NCBI GenBank assembly: GCA_946407375.1
Contig: CAMJNS010000004.1
Location: 3,480-67,479 of the forward strand
DNA: 64,000 nt
Direction: 5' to 3'
Source of the DNA: an uncultured bacterium
GTDB taxonomy: Bacteria; Muiribacteriota; Ozemobacteria; Ozemobacterales; Ozemobacteraceae
In this document: positions 45,534 through 55,639 of the stretch, piece by piece
Layout of the letters: every line of letters begins with the position of its first letter
Numbering within the stretch: position 1 is the first letter of the stretch
The notes under the pieces: generated by a model
What the model was told of the DNA's origin: nothing
What the model saw: only the letters and a program-made list of their open reading frames with translations
Databases searched by the model: none
Made by a program: the position numbers and the translations under genes

Positions 45534-46664
45534 ATGATATTCTTTAACCCTTGGAGTTTAGAGAATATGATATTTCAAATTTTAAAAGCAATATTAGTAC
45601 TTACAGGCACAATTACTGGTGTTTCATTAGCCTATTCATTAGTAGACAAATATCCAGATGCTGTAAAAGAATTAGTTCCTTTTGATAATTCGTATTTAAT
45701 TTTGGCGGCTTTATTAGGTTGTATTGGTTATTTGATTTGTTCTTTACTTGGAAGAGGAATCAATGAATGGTTAGAAAAGAAAATAGAAGAAACCAATGTT
45801 TTTAATCTGACTTGGAGTGCCATGGGGTTTACACTTGGAACAATAGTTGCAAATCTATTGTTTATTCCTGTTTATATTCTTATGTTTAAAGGAATAGGCA
45901 AAATAGAAACTCAAGACCAATATTTAAATTCTCTTATATCTATGTTTTATTTGGTCTTTCCTTTAATTTTCAACCTTATTTTTGCATATATTGGTGTAAA
46001 AATCGTGCTTAGATATAAAAAGTATCAAAACATGGCAAAGGGTGAAGAAGTTAAGGTTTTGCCGAAGATTATTGATTCTGCCGCGATCATTGATGGTCGT
46101 TTTGCTGATTTGTTCAAACTCGGCTTTATCGAAGGCAATATTATAGTTCCTAATTTTATTATAAATGAACTTATGTATTTGAATAACTCTAACGACGTAA
46201 ATAAAAAGAATCGTGGGCAAAAAGGCTTAGAAACAGTTGAAAAGCTGAGAAAGACTTTCCCTGATAATTTTATGATTATCAACAATGACTTTGAAGATAT
46301 TAATGAAGTTAATAGCAAATTAGTCAAACTAGCAACAGAATTAAAAGCTTCATTAATCACTCAAGACTTTAACACAAAAAAGCTTGCCGAGCTAGAAAAC
46401 GTCAAGGTTTTAAATTTAAATGATCTTTCTAACGCCTTGAAACCAATATTTGTCAGTGGAGAAGATATAGAAATACAAATTGTTAAAAAAGGGAAGGAAT
46501 CATATCAAGGTGTTGGATTCCTATCTGATGGAACAATGGTAGTAATAGAAGACGGCGGAGACCATGTTGGTGAAATTGTTAAAACCAAAGTTAACAATAT
46601 TTTACAAACAGGAGCTGGTAGAATAGTCTTCTGTAGAATTGGCGATAAAAAAGAAAGTAATTAA
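45534..46664 (+). CDS. PIN/TRAM domain membrane protein (YacL-like)
   Basis: N-terminal TM helices, central PIN-like region, C-terminal TRAM (GEDIEIQIVKKGKESYQGVGFLSDGTMVVIEDG). Confidence 0.7.
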   Translation: MIFFNPWSLENMIFQILKAILVLTGTITGVSLAYSLVDKYPDAVKELVPFDNSYLILAALLGCIGYLICSLLGRGINEWLEKKIEETNVFNLTWSAMGFTLGTIVANLLFIPVYILMFKGIGKIETQDQYLNSLISMFYLVFPLIFNLIFAYIGVKIVLRYKKYQNMAKGEEVKVLPKIIDSAAIIDGRFADLFKLGFIEGNIIVPNFIINELMYLNNSNDVNKKNRGQKGLETVEKLRKTFPDNFMIINNDFEDINEVNSKLVKLATELKASLITQDFNTKKLAELENVKVLNLNDLSNALKPIFVSGEDIEIQIVKKGKESYQGVGFLSDGTMVVIEDGGDHVGEIVKTKVNNILQTGAGRIVFCRIGDKKESN

Positions 46665-46682
46665 TATTAAAGAGGAACTTAT

Positions 46683-47465
46683 ATGGGTTTACAGGTTAAA
46701 GAAATAATGGACAAAAATCCCATTGTCGTTACAGAAGATTATACAATATTTGGGATTCGAGAAATTATTATTCTAAGACAACCTGATTGTATTTTGGTTA
46801 CCAATGAAGAAAAAAAGCTAAAAGGAATACTAACAAATGCCCATTTAGCTGCTGTCGATGAAATAGATAGCAATGATAAAGTTTCTAGCATAATGATTCG
46901 CAATTTTATGCGTGTCGATTCAAATATGTCCGTAAGAGAAGCTGCAGCATTACTTTCTGCTAGTGAATTAGAAGCTTTGCCAGTAATTGACGAAAATGAC
47001 GAAATAGTAGGAGTTGTAACTTACAAAGATATTGTGAAAGATCTGGTAGAAGATCATGAAACAGCACTTACTCCTGAATCTGCAGTAATATACTTAGCTA
47101 TGACAAAAGATTCAGAACAAGAAGAATACTGGTTACAAAAAGTTACAAACAAAGGCTATAGAGCAGCTATAACTCAAGTAGGAGCTACAGCAGAAAAGCT
47201 TCCAATAAAATTAAGAGAAGCAGCAATCGTAGCATCAATTGCCCATTCTGTAATCAGAGAAGATGCCAGAGAAAAATATGCTGTTAGCACAGCAGTTCGA
47301 GATATTTACAGTCAATGTTATACTATTAACCCAGGTTTGGGTGGTGGTTTTAAAGTCGCAATAGTCCGTGGCGAAGGCAGAATAGCTGTTGCCGCTTTTG
47401 GTCGCTGCGGTCACGCTCTATCTAATGGTAATGAGCAAATTTTTATGGGGAGCAATATAATTTAA
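46683..47465 (+). CDS. CBS-pair domain protein with an uncharacterised C-terminal domain
   Basis: Two CBS-like units in aa 1-125; the C-terminal ~130 aa is unassigned. Confidence 0.6.
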   Translation: MGLQVKEIMDKNPIVVTEDYTIFGIREIIILRQPDCILVTNEEKKLKGILTNAHLAAVDEIDSNDKVSSIMIRNFMRVDSNMSVREAAALLSASELEALPVIDENDEIVGVVTYKDIVKDLVEDHETALTPESAVIYLAMTKDSEQEEYWLQKVTNKGYRAAITQVGATAEKLPIKLREAAIVASIAHSVIREDAREKYAVSTAVRDIYSQCYTINPGLGGGFKVAIVRGEGRIAVAAFGRCGHALSNGNEQIFMGSNII

Positions 47466-47466
47466 A

Positions 47467-48927
47467 ATGTCTGAAGAAATTCGTGTTCGTTTTGCACCAT
47501 CTCCAACAGGCTATTTACATGTTGGCGGAGCTAGAACAGCCTTGTTTAACTGGCTTTGGGCCAGAAAAACTGGTGGAAAGTTTGTTTTACGTATAGAAGA
47601 TACAGATGAAGCTCGTTCTACTGTTGAATCAGTTAACGGTATGCTTCATGATTTGAAGTGGCTTGGTTTAGATTGGGATGAAGGTCCTGAATATGGCGAT
47701 GGAATAGACCCATATAAACAGCAAAAAGGCGATAAAGGACCATATTTCCAGTCTCAGCGTTTGGAAATCTATCAAAAAATCGCTCATGAACTTATGGATA
47801 AAGGAATAGCTTATCCATGTTTCTGCACTGATGAAGAATTAGAAGAAAAACGTAAAAAAGCAGAAGAAGAACATAGAAGTGTTCATTATGATGGAACCTG
47901 CCGTAACCTCACCAAAGAAGAAGCACAAAGAAGAATTGATGCTGGTGAACCTTACACAATCAGAGTAAGAGTTCCTCAAAAAGACTACGTTCTAGAAGAT
48001 GAAGTTCGTGGTCGCGTTGAATGGAAAGCCGGCACTTTAGGCGATTTCATTATTCTTCGCTCAAGCGGAATGCCTGTTTACAATTTCTGCGTTGTTGTAG
48101 ATGATGCTCTTATGGGAATTACACACGTTGTCAGAGCAGAAGAACATCTTACAAACACTCATCGTCAGCTTATTCTTTATGAAGCTTTGGGAATGAAGCC
48201 ACCAAGATTCAGTCATGCTTCGTTAATTCTTGGTCCAGATAAGTCTAAGTTGTCAAAGCGTCATGGAGCTACTTCTGTTGGTCAATATGCAGAAGAAGGT
48301 TTCTTACCAGAAGCAATGATTAACTTCTTAGCTTTGTTAGGTTGGAACGAAGGCAACGATAGAGAAATATATTCTGTTAAAGAATTGATAGAATGCTTTG
48401 AATTAAGCCATATAAGCAAATCACCTGGCGTTTTCGATAAAGACAAGTTAGTTTGGATGAACGGTCAGCATTTACGTGCAATGCCTGTTGACGAACTTAT
48501 TCCATTGGTTGCTCCATTGCTGAAAAAAGCTATGCCAGACGATAAGCGTTTGGATGACCCAGTAATAATGCACAAGCTTGTCGAACTTATTCAGGTAAAG
48601 ATGACTCTGTTAACAGATGCTCCAGAAGTAGCTAAGACTTTCTTTGAAGCTAGTGAACCAGAAAACGACGAAGCTAGAGCAATGATTGAAACAGAAAAGT
48701 CTAAAAAGCTTTTCGAAGCCCTCGCTGCTGAATTTGAAAAGTGCGAATGGGTTAGAGAAGGCTATAATGCTTCAATAAAAGCTGCTAGTAAAATAGCTGA
48801 AGTAAAAGGCAAAGATTTGTATATGCCAATAAGAGTAAAAATTACTGGTTCTTGCCACGGCCCAGAATTAGTCGGAATCTTAGATGTTCTTGGACGTGAA
48901 GAAACCATAGCCCGTCTGAAAAAGTAA
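47467..48927 (+). CDS. gltX: glutamate--tRNA ligase
   Basis: HIGH (PTGYLHVGGARTAL) and KMSKS (KLSKRHG) motifs; 486 aa. Confidence 0.95.
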   Translation: MSEEIRVRFAPSPTGYLHVGGARTALFNWLWARKTGGKFVLRIEDTDEARSTVESVNGMLHDLKWLGLDWDEGPEYGDGIDPYKQQKGDKGPYFQSQRLEIYQKIAHELMDKGIAYPCFCTDEELEEKRKKAEEEHRSVHYDGTCRNLTKEEAQRRIDAGEPYTIRVRVPQKDYVLEDEVRGRVEWKAGTLGDFIILRSSGMPVYNFCVVVDDALMGITHVVRAEEHLTNTHRQLILYEALGMKPPRFSHASLILGPDKSKLSKRHGATSVGQYAEEGFLPEAMINFLALLGWNEGNDREIYSVKELIECFELSHISKSPGVFDKDKLVWMNGQHLRAMPVDELIPLVAPLLKKAMPDDKRLDDPVIMHKLVELIQVKMTLLTDAPEVAKTFFEASEPENDEARAMIETEKSKKLFEALAAEFEKCEWVREGYNASIKAASKIAEVKGKDLYMPIRVKITGSCHGPELVGILDVLGREETIARLKK

Positions 48928-48934
48928 AGACAAT

Positions 48935-48966
48935 AAAAAAGCTTGGGTTTATCCCAAGCTTTTTTA
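48935..48966. terminator. bidirectional terminator between gltX and radA
   Basis: A-run, GCTTGGG-TTTAT-CCCAAGC, T-run. Confidence 0.7.
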
Positions 48967-48968
48967 TT

Positions 48969-50324
48969 TTAGTCAAAAATATGTTTTATAGCATCTCTTA
49001 TTGTTCTGACTCTTATTATACCTTTTTCATCATTTAATTCTGTGCCCTGAGCAACTATAAACCGCTTGAAACCAAACCTTTTGCCTTCAGCTATTCTTCT
49101 ACTTATTTGTGATACAGGTCGGATTTCACCAGCCAATGTTATTTCACCAATTGGCATTACATCTGCCGGAACTGGTCTATCATGAAAGCTTGCAACCAAA
49201 GCCGCAGCTAATCCTAAATCACCACCAGGTTCATTTAATTTCATTCCACCGGCTACATTTGTAAAAACATCACGGTTGTAGAATTTCATTCCAGCATGCT
49301 TTTCTAATACCGCCAAAATCAAGCTAAGTTTATTATAATCAACTCCAGCAACAACTCGTCTAGGAACTTCCAAAAAAGATTGTGTGACCAAAGCTTGTAA
49401 CTCAGTTAAAATGCATCTAGAGCCCTGCATTACTGGTGTAACAATAACTCCAGAAGTTTCAGAACGATTTTGACTTACAAATAAGTCTGAGGGGTTGATA
49501 ACTGGTGATAAGCCTTTTTCTGTCATATTAAAAACCGCAACTTCGCCAGTAGCTCCATATCGGTTTTTAAAAACACGCAATATTCTAAAGTTTGAGTTTA
49601 CTTCACCCTCAAAATAAAGAACCGTATCAACAATGTGTTCTAAAATCTTAGGACCAGCTATAGAACCTTCTTTGGTAACATGACCAACAATAAAAACAGG
49701 TAAACCACGGTCTTTTCCATATTTAGTGATAATAGCTGCACATTCTCTGATTTGTGAAACAGAACCAGGTGTGGCTTCTATTTGAGGAGTATAAACAGTC
49801 TGAATTGAGTCTACTACAAGCATTCTTGGTAAATATGAAGCAAGACCGTTTAAGGCAGAATCAAGGTTTTGTTCCGCAACCAAAATAATATCGCTTCCGT
49901 TTCCGATTCTAAGCCTTTCGGCACGAAGTTTTATTTGAGTAGCAGATTCTTCGCCTGAAATATAAGCTACAGGTTTAATATTAACCCCTAATCTTGAAAT
50001 TAATTGTAACATAAAGGTTGATTTTCCAACCCCTGGTTCACCGCCTATAAGAGTTATTCCGCCAGGGACTAACCCACCACCAATTAATTCATCAAAAATA
50101 TCAATACCTGTCGGCCAGCGTTTGGTGTGTTCTACTGCTATATCATCTAAAGTTTGAATTACAGATAAACTACCAGTAGTCTGAACAGGCATACGTCTTG
50201 AAGAAGGCTGTTCTGGTTCTAATTCTAAAGTATTCCATTCTCCGCAGCCACTACACTGCCCTTGCCATTTAGGGAAACTCTGACCGCATTTTTGGCATAC
50301 ATATTTGCTTCTTGATTTTGCCAT
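48969..50324 (-). CDS. radA: DNA repair protein RadA
   Basis: Zinc finger CQKCGQ..CSGCGEWN, Walker A GEPGVGKST, KNRYG, Lon-like C-terminus. Confidence 0.95.
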   Translation of the reverse strand: MAKSRSKYVCQKCGQSFPKWQGQCSGCGEWNTLELEPEQPSSRRMPVQTTGSLSVIQTLDDIAVEHTKRWPTGIDIFDELIGGGLVPGGITLIGGEPGVGKSTFMLQLISRLGVNIKPVAYISGEESATQIKLRAERLRIGNGSDIILVAEQNLDSALNGLASYLPRMLVVDSIQTVYTPQIEATPGSVSQIRECAAIITKYGKDRGLPVFIVGHVTKEGSIAGPKILEHIVDTVLYFEGEVNSNFRILRVFKNRYGATGEVAVFNMTEKGLSPVINPSDLFVSQNRSETSGVIVTPVMQGSRCILTELQALVTQSFLEVPRRVVAGVDYNKLSLILAVLEKHAGMKFYNRDVFTNVAGGMKLNEPGGDLGLAAALVASFHDRPVPADVMPIGEITLAGEIRPVSQISRRIAEGKRFGFKRFIVAQGTELNDEKGIIRVRTIRDAIKHIFD

Positions 50325-50397
50325 ATTTACTATCCATATTTAATTTGCTAATAGATTAACATTTTTTATAAATTAAGTGAAGATTTCACCAATCTCA

Positions 50398-52020
50398 TTA
50401 CCCATTACTAATTTTAATAAGCTGCTCTTTTTCTTTTAAAATACGCTTCACAATCTGATTATCTACAGAGTATTCTGAAGGCAAAGCTGATTTATTTTCA
50501 AAAGCTAAGAGCCTCAAAAGCAGGTCTGGGTCTACAATACCCTCATTGCGATCAGTTGTTAAACTACGTGGCAATCCAGTATTACATTTTAAAAAATCTT
50601 TTTCTTCGATAATAGCTGTTGCTAAAGCAGCTTCTTCTAAACAACCCGTTTCTTTAGCCTTAATAAGCATAGATGCTAATCTAGGTTCTGCAGGAATAGA
50701 ATTTATTTTTCTGCCAAGTTCAGTTATAGAGCCTTTTTCATCAACAGCACCCAGCATTTTAAGCAATTCAATCGAGTGCTCAATACTTTCCTCGCTTGGG
50801 CTTTCAAACCAATTAAAATTAAATATGTCTTTTATTCCCCAAGAATAAAGTTCTAGGATAGATGATGTTGGGTCAGAACGTAGAATTTCAGGAATTTCAT
50901 TTTCTGCAAAGTTTTCAAATTCAGCTTTGCTATATAATCTTATAGCTCTGCCCGCTCTTAACCTGCCGGCACGTCCTGCACGCTGTTTTGCAGAAGCTTT
51001 GCTGATTCTTACCTTTTCTAGCTTATTTAATCCTGTTTCCGGATTAAACTTGTTTTGTCTTGCATAACCACTGTCTATTACTGTTGTAATGCCTTCTATG
51101 GTGATAGAAGTTTCGGCGATATTCGTGGATAAGATTATACGAGGTTTGTTAATATTACTGGATTGCCACGCCTCTATTAGAGGCTCGCAATGACGACTAC
51201 ACAAACCTGGTTTACCATTATTAAAACAACCTGTTACTAACACTCGTTGTTGGTCCTTTAAATTCATCGAGCCGTGAAGAATCAAAATATCGTGAGTCTG
51301 CCATAGAGAAGTACTATCTAAATAATCTTTAACTCTATTTATTTCTCCTATCCCTGGCAAAAAAACCAGATATTCTTCGGTTTTATCGCTAGAAGTCACA
51401 ATTTCATAAATTGCTTTGGCCGCATTATCAAAATAAGTTTTTCCTGCCCCAATACTCTTATATTCAATATTTACTGGGTATAAAAAGCCTTTTCCACTTA
51501 TGACTTCTGAGTTTTTCAAATAATTACTTATCAACTCAGTGTCAATCGTTGCAGACATCACCATAAGCCTTAAATCAGGTCGCACCTCTCTTTTTATTTC
51601 ATAACAAAGAGCTAAGCCCAAATCAGCATGAATACTTCTTTCATGAAATTCATCAAAAATTACTAAGCCAACATCTTCTAAAAATGGGTCTTTTTGTATG
51701 CGTTTAGTCAAAATGCCCTCTGTTAAAACTTCTATTTTTGTTGAAGGCTTAATATTTGAACTGAATCTTACCGAATAACCAATAATTTTTCCAGGTTCTG
51801 AGCCATGGGTTTCTGACATTCTGTTAGCTACGGCTACAGCAGCAACTCTCCTAGGTTGTAGCATTACTATCTTCTTGCCTTCCAACCAAGATTCATTTAT
51901 TAAAGATAATGGAACAACAGTAGATTTACCTGCACCCGGCTCGGCTGTTAAGATCAAATCTTTATTGGCTGCAAGAGCCTGTTTTATTACTTCTAAACTA
52001 GATTCTATAGGATATGTCAT
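50398..52020 (-). CDS. hrpB: DEAH-box ATP-dependent helicase, HrpB-like, short form (540 aa)
   Basis: AEPGAGKST, FDEFHERS, STNIAETSITIEG, QRAGRAGR; carries an in-frame hairpin-repeat insertion (see 51161-51195). Confidence 0.8.
   Translation of the reverse strand: MTYPIESSLEVIKQALAANKDLILTAEPGAGKSTVVPLSLINESWLEGKKIVMLQPRRVAAVAVANRMSETHGSEPGKIIGYSVRFSSNIKPSTKIEVLTEGILTKRIQKDPFLEDVGLVIFDEFHERSIHADLGLALCYEIKREVRPDLRLMVMSATIDTELISNYLKNSEVISGKGFLYPVNIEYKSIGAGKTYFDNAAKAIYEIVTSSDKTEEYLVFLPGIGEINRVKDYLDSTSLWQTHDILILHGSMNLKDQQRVLVTGCFNNGKPGLCSRHCEPLIEAWQSSNINKPRIILSTNIAETSITIEGITTVIDSGYARQNKFNPETGLNKLEKVRISKASAKQRAGRAGRLRAGRAIRLYSKAEFENFAENEIPEILRSDPTSSILELYSWGIKDIFNFNWFESPSEESIEHSIELLKMLGAVDEKGSITELGRKINSIPAEPRLASMLIKAKETGCLEEAALATAIIEEKDFLKCNTGLPRSLTTDRNEGIVDPDLLLRLLAFENKSALPSEYSVDNQIVKRILKEKEQLIKISNG
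51161..51195 (+). repeat. hairpin repeat element inserted in frame inside the hrpB-like CDS
   Basis: GATTGCCACG-CCTCTATTAGAGG-CTCGCAATGACG; translated on the minus strand as ..LCSRHCEPLIEAWQSS.. Confidence 0.85.
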
Positions 52021-52046
52021 GTAAGGCTTTAGGGTAACTCCACCTC

Positions 52047-52373
52047 TCAGTTTTCAACTTCCTCTTCCTCTTCTTCATCATCTTCATAACGACCTTCTAA
52101 ATGATCCTTTATTAAAGTATATAATCCGTAAAAATCTCTAAAAAAGGGTAATACAACAAGCCCAAGAATGAAAAAAATAACTGATACTAAAAGTATTACT
52201 ATTCTTAAAACAGTATATTCTGGCATTTTACCCAAATAAAAAACGAGTATAGCACCAGCAATAGCTATACCAAAAAAAACAATGCCTAACGAACCTATTT
52301 CTATAACAATTCTTCTTGCTTCGTTTAAGTCTTTTTCTGTAACTTTTTCATTATCCATGGATTTATTATACAA
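52047..52373 (-). CDS. small two-TM membrane protein with acidic tail, hypothetical
   Basis: 108 aa; two hydrophobic helices; C-terminal DDEEEEEEVEN. Confidence 0.45.
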   Translation of the reverse strand: MYNKSMDNEKVTEKDLNEARRIVIEIGSLGIVFFGIAIAGAILVFYLGKMPEYTVLRIVILLVSVIFFILGLVVLPFFRDFYGLYTLIKDHLEGRYEDDEEEEEEVEN

Positions 52374-52456
52374 GAAAATAGGATATTCGGTAAAGATGTA
52401 CTCTTTGAGATTAAATAAAGATACAACAAAGAAAACCCTAAGCTTAACTTAGTCTT

Positions 52457-53563
52457 TCAATACAATTTAAACTCAACAGAATTTTCCGATTCATCTATTT
52501 TAATCGGAATAAGTATTTTAGAAAGCATTTTCAAGGATATATCTTTTATTGATGCATTTTGTAATTTTTCAAAAATGTCTTTATTGAAGCCTTCTGAAAT
52601 AAATTTCATTTTAAGGTCTTTGCCTTCTTCTAATGCATTGATATAAATATAGATGTTGTGCTTATTCCCTTCTGAATCTGTTGGGAATAGTATATCTGTA
52701 GTAACTAATTCTTCGATTGCAAGTTTCAATCTATTTAAGCGCTTAGGAGTAAGATACTGTTTTATCGCAAAGTTTTCCAAAGAACCCATCATTGCGTGAT
52801 AATCATTGTCATTGCCATTTATAATCCATTCCCAGTTGCGTATTCTGAAAATAAATTTTTTTGTTAGTTCTTTTTGAGGATTTTCAAAAATCTGAGCAGG
52901 GGTACCTTCCTCATAAATAACACCTTCATCCATATAAAATACTCTGGTGGATATTTCTTTTGCAAAACGCATCTCATGAGTAACAATCATCATTGTTAAG
53001 CCCTGTTTAACTAACATTTTAATAACAGAAAGAACTTCGGAAACCATAGTAGGATCTAATGCTGAAGTAGGTTCATCAAATAGAACAATTTGAGGTTTCA
53101 TAGCCAAAGCTCTAGCAATAGCTACACGCTGATTTTGTCCGCCAGAGAGTTCATCGGGATAATTAAAAGCTTTGCTCTTTAAACCTACCATTTCAAGCAA
53201 TGATAAAGCTTCGTCGTAAGCTTCTTGAGGATTGATTCCGAGCAGATCTATAGGCGCCATCATAATATTTTCTATAACCATTTTATGAGGGAAAAGATTA
53301 AAATCGTGAAAAACCATCCCAATTTTTTGCCTAATTTTAGCCAAATCTACATCGGGAGATGTAATATTTACTCCATCAATAAATATTTCACCTTCGGTTG
53401 GAGCTTCGAGCATATTCAAGCAACGTAAAAATGTTGTTTTGCCTGTTCCTGAATATCCGATTATAGAAATAATATCACCTTTGTTTATTTCAGCGCATAC
53501 GTCTTTAAGAGGAATAACGCCATCATAAACTTTTTTCAAATGATTGACTTTTATTAATGCCAT
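52457..53563 (-). CDS. amino acid ABC transporter ATP-binding protein (polar amino acid type) with extra C-terminal domain
   Basis: [39 protein letters not shown]; ~120-aa C-terminal extension. Confidence 0.9.
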   Translation of the reverse strand: MALIKVNHLKKVYDGVIPLKDVCAEINKGDIISIIGYSGTGKTTFLRCLNMLEAPTEGEIFIDGVNITSPDVDLAKIRQKIGMVFHDFNLFPHKMVIENIMMAPIDLLGINPQEAYDEALSLLEMVGLKSKAFNYPDELSGGQNQRVAIARALAMKPQIVLFDEPTSALDPTMVSEVLSVIKMLVKQGLTMMIVTHEMRFAKEISTRVFYMDEGVIYEEGTPAQIFENPQKELTKKFIFRIRNWEWIINGNDNDYHAMMGSLENFAIKQYLTPKRLNRLKLAIEELVTTDILFPTDSEGNKHNIYIYINALEEGKDLKMKFISEGFNKDIFEKLQNASIKDISLKMLSKILIPIKIDESENSVEFKLY

Positions 53564-53568
53564 AATGT

Positions 53569-55491
53569 TTATGCCCTCCTACTCTTCTTTGACGAATGCT
53601 TCTTCTTGGTAGAATGTTTTTTATTTAGTGATTGTTTATTATCAGACAACTGCTTTTCTTCAGTTACTTGCTTTTCGTCAACTAATTTCTTTTCTTCGGG
53701 CAATTTCTTTTCTTCTTCTAATTTATTTTTAGATAACTGCTTTTCTACACTTAATTGCCTTTCATCAACCAAGTTTTTTTCTTCAGGCAATTTCTTTTCC
53801 TCTTCTAATTTTTTTTCAGATAACTGCTTTTCTACACTTAATTGCCTTTCATCAACCGATTTCTTTTCTTCAAGCAAATGCTTTTCCTTAGCAAATTGCT
53901 CTTCTTTCATTAATTTTCCAACATAATTAATTCCTGGCAATTTGCGTTCTCTGCGCTTAGGGTCTAAGCTGATTTCGAACTTATTTAGAGCTAAAAGCAT
54001 TAAGTTAGCTATTATAAAATAAATGATTGCTGTTATTATTAAAGGGAAAAATGCTTCCATTGTGCGCGCGCGAATGATATCTGATGCTTTGGTCAAATCT
54101 ATGCAGGATACATATCCTACAACAGCAGTAGATTTAACCATTGAAATAAACTCTCCTCTCACTAAAGGAAGAAAGTGTATTGTTGCCTGCGGAAATACTA
54201 TTTTATAAAATGATTGAAATTCATTGTAACCGAGAGCCTTAGCAGCTTCATCCTGACCTATATTTACAGCATCTAAGCCGTTTCCGATAAAACCATAACA
54301 AGCGGCACCAAAAGTTAAGGTAAAAGCTATAATTGAAACATATATTGGTGCTATATCTACAGAACCCAAAATAACATAATACAGTAGCAACAGCAAAACA
54401 ACAGAAGGTATTCCATTTATAAGAATAACAAAAGCATTAATTAACCAAGATATAAATTTTATGTTTTTCCTATAAATTGTTATTAATATGAAACCTAATA
54501 AAAATCCAAAACAGCCTGATGCTATAGAAATAGCTATAGTTACTCCTAACCCTTTTAAAACCAGCAACCATCTGTTTTCTTCAATAAAGGTTTTGTAGAA
54601 ACTATCTTTTAAGCTTTGGGAAAAGGTCATGTCGCTAACACTGAGTCCATCCTTAACAAGTGCTCTAAGCGAAGAATGGTAATAAGGAACCATATCCACA
54701 TTTCTTTGTCGTTCTTCAGTAATTGAAAGACAAGCAGCAACAACATCTGCTTTTCCGCATTGCAAAGCAGGAAGCAACGAATCAAACTGTGCAACGGTTG
54801 TTTCAACTTTCATATCTAGTTCTTTAGCAACCAGATAAATTAAATGAACATCGTAGCCTATTAAGGTTTGATTTTTCCCAAAATAGCATAAAGGTTCGGC
54901 GTCTGCACTAGTGTAATACTTTAATGTTCCGTTTTTTCCTTCCCAGTTTTGTACAGGAATGGATTCTATTGTTTTTTTACTATCATCTTTTCCAAGCCAA
55001 AGCTCTTTTAAATTATCAAGAACTCCCTGTTTTTCAAAATCAGATATGATTTTTGATATTTTCAAAGTTAGTGGGCTATCTTTTTTTAAAGCTATACCAA
55101 ATTCGAAATTATCTATAACAAGCGGAGCTATTTTTACTCCAATGTTTTGATTTGCAAAACCAGAAAGAACAGGCTCATCATCAATGTAACAGTCTATTTT
55201 ATTTGATCTTAATGCAGAAACCCCATCTACATTTGTATTGTAATAATAAAATTTATTGGCCTTAGGAGCTTTTTTAAGTAATATTTCTCTATTCACATAT
55301 GAAGACAAAACTCCTATGCGCATTTTTTCAATTTGTTCAAAAGTTGTCAGTTCTTGAGAGGAACTAGCATTAAAATTATCACTTTCGGCATAAAGAACAG
55401 AGTTTGTCAAAAAGATAAATAAAAAGAATAAAAACAAAAAAGCTTTTATTTCTATAGAAAAGAAATGCTTTTGTAAAAATAACCTACCCAT
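53569..55491 (-). CDS. fused amino acid ABC transporter: two substrate-binding domains + permease + K/E-rich repeat tail
   Basis: 640 aa. Signal peptide, two SBP type-3-like halves, permease with EAA loop ([22 protein letters not shown]). C-terminal 29-aa tandem repeats. Confidence 0.8.
   Translation of the reverse strand: MGRLFLQKHFFSIEIKAFLFLFFLFIFLTNSVLYAESDNFNASSSQELTTFEQIEKMRIGVLSSYVNREILLKKAPKANKFYYYNTNVDGVSALRSNKIDCYIDDEPVLSGFANQNIGVKIAPLVIDNFEFGIALKKDSPLTLKISKIISDFEKQGVLDNLKELWLGKDDSKKTIESIPVQNWEGKNGTLKYYTSADAEPLCYFGKNQTLIGYDVHLIYLVAKELDMKVETTVAQFDSLLPALQCGKADVVAACLSITEERQRNVDMVPYYHSSLRALVKDGLSVSDMTFSQSLKDSFYKTFIEENRWLLVLKGLGVTIAISIASGCFGFLLGFILITIYRKNIKFISWLINAFVILINGIPSVVLLLLLYYVILGSVDIAPIYVSIIAFTLTFGAACYGFIGNGLDAVNIGQDEAAKALGYNEFQSFYKIVFPQATIHFLPLVRGEFISMVKSTAVVGYVSCIDLTKASDIIRARTMEAFFPLIITAIIYFIIANLMLLALNKFEISLDPKRRERKLPGINYVGKLMKEEQFAKEKHLLEEKKSVDERQLSVEKQLSEKKLEEEKKLPEEKNLVDERQLSVEKQLSKNKLEEEKKLPEEKKLVDEKQVTEEKQLSDNKQSLNKKHSTKKKHSSKKSRRA
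53643..53880 (-). repeat. in-frame 87-bp tandem repeat (~2.7 copies) encoding the K/E/L-rich C-terminal tail
   Basis: Unit [29 protein letters not shown]; DNA units start near 53646, 53731 and 53818. Confidence 0.8.
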
Positions 55492-55585
55492 TTATAGTTT
55501 CTAACCGAATGTGAATTTTATCACTATAATAAATTAGAACAATACATATTTCAAGAAATATGTACCCTTCTTCCAAGTTAAAAGC

Positions 55586-55625
55586 AAAAAAAGAGAATTG
55601 AATCATTTCAATTCTCTTTTTTTTC
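55586..55625 (-). terminator. rho-independent terminator after aspS
   Basis: AAGAGAATTGAA-TCA-TTCAATTCTCTT flanked by A/T runs. Confidence 0.75.
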
Positions 55626-55639
55626 AGTTTTCAAAAAAC

